A DNA stretch of 42,861 nt from Haliangiales bacterium. GTDB lineage: Bacteria > Myxococcota_A > Polyangia > Haliangiales > Haliangiaceae. Where the stretch lies: positions 1 through 42,861 of the forward strand of contig JBBRED010000025.1 of NCBI GenBank assembly GCA_038203335.1, in the 5' to 3' direction. Numbering within the stretch: position 1 is the first letter of the stretch; each line of letters begins with the position of its first letter. The position numbers were made by a program, and so were the translations under genes. The notes under the pieces were generated by a model. It had not been told where the DNA came from, ran no database searches, and was given only the letters and a program-made list of their open reading frames with translations. Positions 35,505 through 42,861 of the stretch are shown in pieces.

Positions 35505-36169
35505 TCCTCGACCTCCGCGAGAACGTATCCCTGGCCGCGGCGGGTGTGAATGAGCTGCGGAGGTCCGAGCTTCCTCCGCAGGTAGCCGATGTAGACATCG
35601 ACCACGTTCGACTGCGCCTCCGAGTGGAAGTCGTAGACGTGCTCCCAGATCTCCGTGCGGGTGACGAGCTCGCCGGCGCGCAGCGCGAGGTACTCGAGGA
35701 GCGCGTACTCCTTGGCCGAGAGCGCGATCGCGATCGTTCCGCGCCGGACCGCGCGTCGCGTCGTATCGACCTCGAGGTCGGCGACCCGGATCCTCGGATC
35801 GCGCGCATCGTAGCGGCGGCGAATCAGCGCTCGCACGCGCGCGATCAGCTCGGCGAACGCGAACGGCTTGACCAGGTAGTCATCGGCGCCCTGGTCGAGC
35901 CCTTTGACACGATCGGCGATGGTGTCCTTGGCGGTGAGGAGCAGCACCGGCACCTTGGATCCGCCCGCGCGCAGGCGGCGAACCACCTCGAGACCATCGA
36001 GCTTCGGCAGCATGATGTCGAGCACCATGACGTCGTACGGGTTCTGCTCGGCGTGCCACAGTCCGTCCTCGCCGTTCGCCGCGACGTCGACCGCGAAGCC
36101 GGCCTCGATCAAGCCATCGCAGACGGCGTTGCGCAGGGGGACATAGTCTTCGACGACCAGAGCGCGCAT
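35501..36169 (-). CDS. OmpR-family response regulator
   Basis: Likely start MRALVVEDYV at 36169. Receiver domain with DVMVLDIMLPKLDG and LLLTAKD; winged-helix output (ARVRALIRRR...LSAKEYALLEYLALRAGELVTRTEIWEHV). The stop overlaps the kinase start (ATGA). Confidence 0.9.
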   Translation of the reverse strand: MRALVVEDYVPLRNAVCDGLIEAGFAVDVAANGEDGLWHAEQNPYDVMVLDIMLPKLDGLEVVRRLRAGGSKVPVLLLTAKDTIADRVKGLDQGADDYLVKPFAFAELIARVRALIRRRYDARDPRIRVADLEVDTTRRAVRRGTIAIALSAKEYALLEYLALRAGELVTRTEIWEHVYDFHSEAQSNVVDVYIGYLRRKLGPPQLIHTRRGQGYVLAEVEE

Positions 36170-36260
36170 CGATCCACTGGAGCATGGCCCAACACGCGTG
36201 AGAGGCATATGAGAGCCGGCGTTCATCGCCCTCTCATCTCGCCCCGACTAGCGTGCGCGG
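36170..36260. promoter_or_regulatory. Divergent promoter region with an inverted repeat TGAGAGG-N23-CCTCTCA
   Basis: Arms at 36199-36205 and 36230-36236, in a locally AT-richer stretch (gaggcatatgagag) between the response-regulator start and the lipoprotein gene start. Confidence 0.3.
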
Positions 36261-36704
36261 ATGACGATCAGAGCTGGGCTTGGATTCGTGTTGCTCGCCT
36301 CATGCGGCGGCTCGCCGAAGTCCCCCGCCCCCCCCGCCACCGCCTGCCCGCCGAACATCGCTGCCGCCGTCGCGACGGCGTACCCCGACGCGCCCCAGAA
36401 GGGCTGCAAGGCCGAACACGAGGACGGCAAGGACATCTACGAGGTCGTGGTGATCCGCACGGGCGGTAGCGAGGCCGAGGTCGAGCTGTCGCCGGATGGA
36501 ACGATCCTGCAGACCGAGGAGGTGATCTCGGTCGTTGCGCTCCCGGGCACCGTGGCCACGGCGTTCGCGACGAGGTACCCCGGTCAGCGTCCGACGCGCG
36601 TCGAGAAGATCGGGATCCCGAACCAGCCGCCGAGGTACGAGATCGCGTTCGGGACCAAGGAGGCCACGTTCTCCGAGGCCGGCGAGCTGATCGAGGAGGA
36701 ATGA
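36261..36704 (+). CDS. Small lipoprotein with PepSY-like fold features (hypothetical)
   Basis: 147 aa. Signal and lipobox MTIRAGLGFVLLASCGG. Two short beta-rich modules (DGKDIYEVVVIRTGGSEAEVELSPDGTIL...; ...RYEIAFGTKEATFSEAGELIEEE) resemble PepSY_like/DUF-type periplasmic domains. Confidence 0.55.
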   Translation: MTIRAGLGFVLLASCGGSPKSPAPPATACPPNIAAAVATAYPDAPQKGCKAEHEDGKDIYEVVVIRTGGSEAEVELSPDGTILQTEEVISVVALPGTVATAFATRYPGQRPTRVEKIGIPNQPPRYEIAFGTKEATFSEAGELIEEE

Positions 36705-36718
36705 GGTAGTCGCGTGAG

Positions 36719-37981
36719 TCAGTAGGGCGCGAACGTCGCCTTCGACGTGCGCTTCGCGTTGAGGCGCGCGATCTCGTCCACGCCGTAGGCCTCGGCCGAG
36801 CTCTGCGGCAGGCGCGCGCGGATCCAGCCGATCACCAGGTTGCGCGCCTGGATGCCGGCGGCGATCATCTCCGCGCTGCCGGTCTCCTCGATCTCGTCCC
36901 ACAGCTCGAACAGCGCCTGCCGCCGCGCCGCCGGATCGAGGATGCGGCGCCAGACCTGTTCGAGGTTGCCGCGCATGATCTCGGACGCCTTCGCGAGCTG
37001 CTCGCGGCGATGCTTCACGCCGATCTGCACCCGCTCGTCGCGCGTCGAGTCGAGGAACGCGAGCTTCTTGCTCGCGTACGGATCGTTGCCGTGGCCGCGC
37101 ATGAACGCGTCGGAGATGTCGAAGCCGCCGGAGAGGATGGGGATGCCCGCGACATCGCCGTGGTCGGGCTTCTTGTCCTGCCCGGTGGCGTCGTCACCCG
37201 GGAGGATCGGTGCCTTCTCGATGTGATCCGGCGGCAGCGTGCCGACCGGCTTGTTCGGATCCAGGTACCAGTCGGCGATCATCTTGCCGACGTCCTTCCC
37301 CGACGGCAGCCCGAAGTGGATGTTGAAGTTCTTCTTGTCCTTGAGCTTGACGGTGCCGTCCTTGCCGATCTTTGCGACGAACGGTCCCTGATCGGAGCGA
37401 TGCGTGCCGTTGCCGCTGTCGTGGAGCTGACCCGTGGTGGGATCGGGCGGGGGCGGCGCTTCCGGTGCCATGTCGGGATCCCATTCGAATTTCGGCAGGG
37501 CGACCTTCGGGGCCCCGGGGCGCCGCATGTCCATGTACGGGTTGCGCACCGCGGGACCGGTGGCGACCGCGACCTCCGTGCTCGGCGGCCCGGCGGTGAT
37601 CGCCTCGCCGGGCGCGACCTTCGCGCGATCGCGCCCGCGTGGCGGCGTGGCGCTCGGTGCCGGGAGCTCCGGGACGGCCGCCGTCGTCGCCTCGTCGAGG
37701 AACGCCACGTCCACGGGAGCGACCTCGACCACCGGCGGGAGCGCCGGCGAAACGTCGATGATCTCGACGCTCGTCGCCGGGGAGGCATCGGTCGGGAAGC
37801 GCCTGTCCCCGGTGTAGGTGCTCATCCACGCGATCGCGGCCGCGTGCACGGCAACGGAGATCGCGAGCACGGAGGGCAGCTTCCGCACGAGGATGAGACC
37901 AGTATCCCCCTGAAACCGTTGCCTGCATCGAGTTTCGGTCGACTCCGGCGACACCTCCCGCATCCTCGATGACACCTGCAT
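36719..37981 (-). CDS. Membrane-anchored hypothetical protein (short cytoplasmic N-terminus, one TM, Pro-rich periplasmic linker, conserved-looking C-terminal domain)
   Basis: 420 aa with real-looking composition (many K, D, N, E). TM helix LPSVLAISVAVHAAAIAWM. The exact start is uncertain; the track ATG would overlap the divergent sigma-gene start. Confidence 0.5.
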   Translation of the reverse strand: MQVSSRMREVSPESTETRCRQRFQGDTGLILVRKLPSVLAISVAVHAAAIAWMSTYTGDRRFPTDASPATSVEIIDVSPALPPVVEVAPVDVAFLDEATTAAVPELPAPSATPPRGRDRAKVAPGEAITAGPPSTEVAVATGPAVRNPYMDMRRPGAPKVALPKFEWDPDMAPEAPPPPDPTTGQLHDSGNGTHRSDQGPFVAKIGKDGTVKLKDKKNFNIHFGLPSGKDVGKMIADWYLDPNKPVGTLPPDHIEKAPILPGDDATGQDKKPDHGDVAGIPILSGGFDISDAFMRGHGNDPYASKKLAFLDSTRDERVQIGVKHRREQLAKASEIMRGNLEQVWRRILDPAARRQALFELWDEIEETGSAEMIAAGIQARNLVIGWIRARLPQSSAEAYGVDEIARLNAKRTSKATFAPY

Positions 37982-38610
37982 TCATGGTCCTGTCCCTGTT
38001 CGCCCGGCTGTTCCGCAGTAGCCCGGATCTCGAGCTACGCGCCGCCAAGGCGGGAGACCGCGAAGCGATCGGGAGGTTCTACGACGCGCACGTCGATGGC
38101 CTGTTCGCGTTCGTGTTCTACCGCGTTGGTCGCGATCAATCGCTCGCCGAGGATGTCGTGCAAGAGACGTTCACCCGCGCGCTCTCGCGCACGAACGACT
38201 ACGACGCGAGTCGTGGCTCGGTCGGCAGCTGGTTGACGATCCTGTCGCGCAACGTGATTCGTGATCACCTTCGCGATCACAAGCGCACGAATGACTTCCA
38301 GGCCGCGTGGGAGCGCATCGACGCCACGCTCGCGCAGACGTTCGCCGCCATGGCCGAGCGTCCGTTGCCGGGCGAGGTGCTCGAACGCGCGGAGACCCGC
38401 GACCTTGTGCACATGGCGGTCGCGAACCTGCCGGAGCAGTACCGCGTCGCCCTCACCCGCAAGTATGTCGATGGCGAGAGCCTCGAGACGCTCTCCGGCG
38501 AGCTCGGTCTCTCCGTCGATGCCACCAAGTCCCTTCTCGCCCGCGCCCGGCGCGCGTTTCGCGACACGTTCGCGACGCTGTCGGCCAACTTCTCGGAGGT
38601 TGCATCGTGA
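37969..38610 (+). CDS. ECF RNA polymerase sigma-70 factor
   Basis: 213 aa. Region 2 (FYDAHVDGLFAFVFYRVGRDQSLAEDVVQETFTRAL) and region 4 (LPEQYRVALTRKYVDGESLETLSGELGLSVDATKSLLARARRAF) are present. The start may instead be the downstream Met at 37984. Confidence 0.85.
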   Translation: MTPAFMVLSLFARLFRSSPDLELRAAKAGDREAIGRFYDAHVDGLFAFVFYRVGRDQSLAEDVVQETFTRALSRTNDYDASRGSVGSWLTILSRNVIRDHLRDHKRTNDFQAAWERIDATLAQTFAAMAERPLPGEVLERAETRDLVHMAVANLPEQYRVALTRKYVDGESLETLSGELGLSVDATKSLLARARRAFRDTFATLSANFSEVAS

Positions 38611-41600
38611 GCACCGATCACAAGGACGTTCTCGAGCAGAACGTCAGCACGCTCCTCGAATCCGGCGGTGAATCGCCGAAGCTGAACGACATCGCCAAGG
38701 CGCGGATCCGCGCGAAGCTCGTCAGCGCGCACGGCGCCGATGCGCCGATCGTCGCGAAGAAGCGCTCGCCGCTCGTCGCGGTGGGCCTCGGCCTCGCCGC
38801 CACGGCGGCGGCGGCGCTGATCGTCACGCGCGTGGTCGGCCACGATGGCGGTGGCGGCGGATCCGGAGCGAACGGCGCGACCGTGAACGAGACCAACCAG
38901 CTCGCGGATGGCTCGACGTGGATCTCCGTGCCGGGCGCGAAGGTCACCGTGATCGGAGACCGGCACGTGCGCGTCGAAGGCGCGGCGCTCCTCGACGTGG
39001 CCCCCGGCAAGGGGACGTTCGTCGTGGAGACGCAGCGGGGGCGCATCGAGGTGCTCGGCACCCGGTTCCTCGTCGATGCCGGACCTGATCGCACCACCAC
39101 CGCCGTCGTGCGCGGCATGGTCAAGCTCGCCACGTCCGATGGCGACGTCACGCTCCACGCGGGCGAGCAGGGTGTGGCGGAGCCCGGTCGCCCGCCGACC
39201 CGCGGCCCGGCGCCCCGGCTCTCGCACCTCGTTTCGTGGGCCGCGCAGGCGCGCCACCGCGACGAGAAGGACATCCAGCCGATCCACCACGGCACGCTGT
39301 TCGCCCGCGATCCGGGTGTGCGCTCGCACCCGCCGTGGGGCGAGGAGTATCCGCTGCCGATCAAGAAGCTCGGCGTCGATATCGTCGTCGAGAATCAGGT
39401 CGCGCGTGTCGCGCTCGATCAGACGTTCCACAACGACGCGGACCAGACGCTCGAGGGCGTGTACCGGTTCGCGATCCCTCCGGATGCAGCGCTGCAGCGG
39501 CTCGCGATGTACGTCGATGGCAAGCTCACCGAGTCGGCGGTGGTCGAGCGCATGCGCGCCCGCCGGATCTACGAGGAGCTGGTCTATCGCCGCGTGGATC
39601 CCGCGCTGCTCGAGTGGGCGGGCACGGGGCGGCTCTCGCTGCGCGTGTACCCGCTGCCCGCGCGCCAGGATAAGCGGCTGATGCTCGCGTACACGCAGAG
39701 CCTGCCGAAGCTGTACTCCGACTGGACGCTCAGCGTTCCGCTGCCGGAGATCGATCAGCCGGTCGGCGAGGTCGCCTTCGATGTCACCATCAAGGGCTGC
39801 GCGAACTGCGAGGTCACCTCGACGAGCCACAAGGTCACCGTGCAGAGCAAGGGCGACGACGCGATCGTCACCTACCGCAACACGTCGGAGACCATCGGCG
39901 ACTCGCTGGTGCTCCACGTTCGCGATGCGCGCCAGCAGACCTCGGTCGCGCGCAACGAGGCGAACGGCGAGTCGTACGTGATGGTCCGCACCCCGGCCGA
40001 GCTGCCGAAGAACGCGCAGACCTATCGCCCGCGCACGTGGGTCATCCTCGATGACGTCAGCGCATCGCGCGGCTCGCTCGAGCGCCGGGCGCAGGCCGAT
40101 CTGATCGACGCGTTCATGCACGAGCTCGACGAGGAGGACAAGGTCTCCGTGATCGCGTTCGACGTCTCCGCGCGCCAGAAGCTCGCGCCGACGCGCGTGC
40201 TCGATGTCGACCGCCGCGCGCTGCGGAGGTCCCTCCAGGACGAGGGCGATGTCGGCGCGACCGACTTCGGCACCGCGCTCGATGCGGCGACCAAGGCGCT
40301 CTCGGGCGTGGCGCCCGAGGACGCGATGCTCGTGTACCTCGGCGATGGCGTGATCACGAGCGGCCCGAAGAACCTCGATGCGTTGCGGGCGCAGCTCGTG
40401 GGCAAGGCGACGTTCATCGGCGTGGGCGTGGGCGATGGCCCGGATACCCAGACGCTGGAGACGCTCGCGTCGGCCACCGGTGGCTACGCGACGACCATCG
40501 ACCTCGCGGATGACGTGGCGTGGCGCGCGTTCGATCTGATCGCCGCGCTGCACACCACGCGGGTGACCGACCTCGCGGCGCGCCTCGTCGACGCGAGCGG
40601 TGCGCTCGTGCCCTCGGCGCTGTACCTCAAGAGCCCGCAGCTCGCCGATGGCGAGGAGCTCGAGCTGGTGGCGAAGCTCGCGGGCGGCAAGGCGCCGGCC
40701 GCGGTCGAGCTGACCGGCACGCTGAACGGCGCGCCGTGGACGCGCACGGTCGCGATTCCCACCTCCGGCTCGACCGGCGGTTACTTGCCGCGCACGTGGG
40801 CCCAGCGGCACATCGCCGCGCGCCTCCTCGCGAAGCACGAGACGATCGCGATGACGCCGTGCACGCCGGGTCCGTCGGCGAAGTGCCCGACCGAGGCCGA
40901 GGTGCGCGAGACGCGCGACGAGCAGATCCGCCAGGAGGTCGTGGGCCTCGGCAAGAAGTACTTCCTGCTCTCGCGCCACACGTCGCTGCTCGTCCTCGAG
41001 AACGATGCGATGTACGCGCAGTACGGCGTGACCAAGGGCGCCGGCGATACGTGGGCACCCTACGCGCTACCCGCGAAGATTCCGGTCGTCACGACGGCGG
41101 CGGTGATCAAGCCGAGCGACGTGGCGGCGGATGCGGAGCTGGTGCGCGCGCCGATCCAGGTGTTCTACAACTACGGCTACAACGGATACTTCGCCGGTGG
41201 CCTCGGCGGTGACCTCGACAACCTCGGGGGCGCGATCATGCCCGATGGGCAGATGGCCGCGCGACGTGGCGCCGGCGACTTCGGGATGATCGGTCACGGC
41301 GCGGGCACGGGCTCGGGGTACGGCGTCGGCGGAGCGCGTACGCGCAACTCGCTTGGCCTCGGCCCGACGGCCTCAGCCGACGCTGGCGGCGGCGCGATCA
41401 CGGTGGCCGCGGCGACCCAGCCGGATGCTGAGATGGCGGCGGGGCCGCCGCTCGCAAAGGAAGCGAAGCGCGACAGCGATCGCTGGGACGCTGGGGAGCA
41501 GCGCTCGCTGCGCCAGCAGGTCACGACCGACGAGATTGCCGGTACGTTCGGCCAGGGGCGCGGCGGTGGCAACAAAGGGACGGGCTGGATGGGCGGCGAG

Positions 41601-42861
41601 ATGGATGGCAAGGCGGCGTTCTGGTCGGGTCCGATCGTGGCGCAGCGCTTCTCGTATCCGAACGATCAGGCATTCGATGACGCTACGGCGTTCGTTCCTG
41701 CCTTGATCTCCGACGACAGCGACGCGTGGCGCACGCGACTCATCACGATGGGCGGTAGCGCGGCGCACCCGATCGACGACGCGGCGAAGGCGCTCCTGAC
41801 CCGCGCGCGCAAGGCGATGCCCTCCGGCGTGTACCGCTGGAACGGCCTCGAGATCGCCGTCGACGACGCACACCGCATGGGCTGGCGCCACACGACCGAC
41901 GCGGATCTCGCGGAGACCGCCTCGTTCGATGGCACCACGTGGACCCGCCGGTACGCCGAGCTCGGCCTCGACGTCACCCGCACGTTCACCGATGACGACA
42001 TCGCTCTCGCGCTCGCCTACCTCCCGGTCTGGATCGCCGAGCCCGCGCACTACGCGCGCTGGTTCGAGGTCCACGCGAAGGGCAAGGAGATCACGCTGTC
42101 GCGCGCCGGGAAGGCCGTGTTCGTCCTCGGCTTCGACGACAAGGACCACCTGGTCTCGATCCACGACGGCGAGGGCGCCGAGCTGCTCCGCATCATGTGG
42201 GGCGACGTCGGTCCCGCGGCGGCGAAGATGATGGGCGACGATATCGAGGTCGGGTTCTCCGGTCAGGCGATCGGCGATGCACCGAGCTGGGCGCACGGCA
42301 CGGCGAAGCCGGGTGTGCTCGTCGAGCTGCCCGCGCACCTGCCCGCGTACTGGCAGACCAAGCTGACCACCGAGCTCCCCGGCAGCCCCGGCTGGCGTCG
42401 CGCACAGCGCCAGTTGATGGCGAGCTTCGCGGCCGTCAACAATCGCGTCGGCCTGTTCGCCGCGTTCGAGGCGCTGCGTACGAACGGCGGCATCGAGGCC
42501 GGCGACCTCGCGCTCGCGAGTGGCGGCATCGCGACCGCCGCGACCGACGCGCAGTTCGCCCAGGCGCTCGCCGCCGCCGGTGATCCGCGCCCGGCGCTCG
42601 CGCGCTATCTGATCGCCGGTCGTGCGTACGGTAAGTCGCCGCGCCCCGAGCGGATCACCGCGGACACCACGTCGGGTCTGATCGGCGCGGTGTGGCAGCT
42701 CCGCCACATCACCGCGCTCTACGCGGCGAGCCAGAACAAGGCCGCCGTCGAGGAGCTCATCGGCATGGGCAGCCGCGCGCTGCAGCTCCGCATCATCGCG
42801 GCCGCCGCGTCCTCGAACCGCTACGACATGAAGCCCGAGGATATCGGTCGGCTCTGGGACT
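38607..42861 (+). CDS. Giant anti-sigma-factor-like protein: N-terminal anti-sigma segment, TM helix, FecR domain, VIT domain, VWA domain with intact MIDAS, and a C-terminal region of more than 750 aa; continues beyond the window end
   Basis: The ORF track omits it because there is no stop before the window end. Hand translation from GTG 38607, which overlaps the sigma stop as GTGA, is open for the full 4255 nt (at least 1418 aa). The TM helix is PLVAVGLGLAATAAAALIVTRVV. FecR-like segment: WISVPGAKVTVIGDRHVRVEGAALLDVAPGKGTFVVETQRGRIEVLGTRFLV. VIT-like segment at about 39324-39717: LPIKKLGVDIVVENQVARVALDQTFHND...EGVYRFAIPPDAALQRLAMYVDGKLTESAVVERMRARRIYEELV. VWA at about 40032-40526: RTWVILDDVSASRGS with the DxSxS MIDAS motif, then ...VSVIAFDVSA...YLGDGVITSG...FIGVGVGDGPD. 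It is followed by Gly-rich and helical regions. Confidence 0.8.
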   Translation, partial: MSTDHKDVLEQNVSTLLESGGESPKLNDIAKARIRAKLVSAHGADAPIVAKKRSPLVAVGLGLAATAAAALIVTRVVGHDGGGGGSGANGATVNETNQLADGSTWISVPGAKVTVIGDRHVRVEGAALLDVAPGKGTFVVETQRGRIEVLGTRFLVDAGPDRTTTAVVRGMVKLATSDGDVTLHAGEQGVAEPGRPPTRGPAPRLSHLVSWAAQARHRDEKDIQPIHHGTLFARDPGVRSHPPWGEEYPLPIKKLGVDIVVENQVARVALDQTFHNDADQTLEGVYRFAIPPDAALQRLAMYVDGKLTESAVVERMRARRIYEELVYRRVDPALLEWAGTGRLSLRVYPLPARQDKRLMLAYTQSLPKLYSDWTLSVPLPEIDQPVGEVAFDVTIKGCANCEVTSTSHKVTVQSKGDDAIVTYRNTSETIGDSLVLHVRDARQQTSVARNEANGESYVMVRTPAELPKNAQTYRPRTWVILDDVSASRGSLERRAQADLIDAFMHELDEEDKVSVIAFDVSARQKLAPTRVLDVDRRALRRSLQDEGDVGATDFGTALDAATKALSGVAPEDAMLVYLGDGVITSGPKNLDALRAQLVGKATFIGVGVGDGPDTQTLETLASATGGYATTIDLADDVAWRAFDLIAALHTTRVTDLAARLVDASGALVPSALYLKSPQLADGEELELVAKLAGGKAPAAVELTGTLNGAPWTRTVAIPTSGSTGGYLPRTWAQRHIAARLLAKHETIAMTPCTPGPSAKCPTEAEVRETRDEQIRQEVVGLGKKYFLLSRHTSLLVLENDAMYAQYGVTKGAGDTWAPYALPAKIPVVTTAAVIKPSDVAADAELVRAPIQVFYNYGYNGYFAGGLGGDLDNLGGAIMPDGQMAARRGAGDFGMIGHGAGTGSGYGVGGARTRNSLGLGPTASADAGGGAITVAAATQPDAEMAAGPPLAKEAKRDSDRWDAGEQRSLRQQVTTDEIAGTFGQGRGGGNKGTGWMGGEMDGKAAFWSGPIVAQRFSYPNDQAFDDATAFVPALISDDSDAWRTRLITMGGSAAHPIDDAAKALLTRARKAMPSGVYRWNGLEIAVDDAHRMGWRHTTDADLAETASFDGTTWTRRYAELGLDVTRTFTDDDIALALAYLPVWIAEPAHYARWFEVHAKGKEITLSRAGKAVFVLGFDDKDHLVSIHDGEGAELLRIMWGDVGPAAAKMMGDDIEVGFSGQAIGDAPSWAHGTAKPGVLVELPAHLPAYWQTKLTTELPGSPGWRRAQRQLMASFAAVNNRVGLFAAFEALRTNGGIEAGDLALASGGIATAATDAQFAQALAAAGDPRPALARYLIAGRAYGKSPRPERITADTTSGLIGAVWQLRHITALYAASQNKAAVEELIGMGSRALQLRIIAAAASSNRYDMKPEDIGRLWD

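Noticed and set aside
11530-42861. That MVP and the VIT-VWA protein prove a complete eukaryote-like vault (MVP + VPARP + TEP1 + vault RNA)
   Set aside because: No PARP catalytic domain, TROVE/TEP1-like gene or structured small-RNA candidate was seen. The VIT-VWA protein is wired as an anti-sigma factor about 25 kb away, so the link remains a speculative observation only.

Overview
This 42.9 kb window is about 71% GC and densely coding, typical of a Myxococcota (myxobacterial) chromosome; the taxon is an inference. There are no rRNA or tRNA genes, no CRISPR array and no transposase or integrase. Many of the long ORFs in the six-frame track are Arg/Ala/Gly-rich shadow frames on the antisense or wrong frame, produced by GC bias. 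I chose genes by amino-acid composition (Lys, Asp, Asn and hydrophobic residues present rather than runs of Arg), by GC3 bias, by recognisable family motifs and by operon logic. Start-stop overlaps of the ATGA and GTGA type occur throughout. I call about 35 genes.

Most notable is a confident bacterial homologue of the eukaryotic major vault protein (MVP, 11530-13872, minus strand). It heads an operon with a protein built from a carboxypeptidase-regulatory-like (CarboxypepD_reg) domain array ending in a PDZ domain, a Ser/Thr kinase and a Cys-rich lipoprotein. It sits divergent from an AAA+ ATPase operon.

The other gene groups are:
- two paralogous membrane-anchored CarboxypepD_reg repeat proteins;
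- panC, a metallophosphoesterase, a POTRA-less Omp85 barrel and a GST;
- a seven-gene minus-strand outer-membrane / TonB-dependent-receptor / ExbB-ExbD-TonB operon, whose receptor carries an N-terminal TonB_C-like domain, divergent from a pair of genes encoding an ECF sigma factor and a FecR-type anti-sigma factor;
- a stand-alone Upf1-like SF1 helicase;
- a heavy-metal-type RND efflux operon (outer-membrane factor, adaptor, pump) with its own two-component system;
- at the 3' end, an ECF sigma factor translationally coupled to an anti-sigma protein of more than 1,400 aa carrying FecR, VIT and VWA domains, which runs off the window.

All calls rest on reading the translations; no database searches were run.
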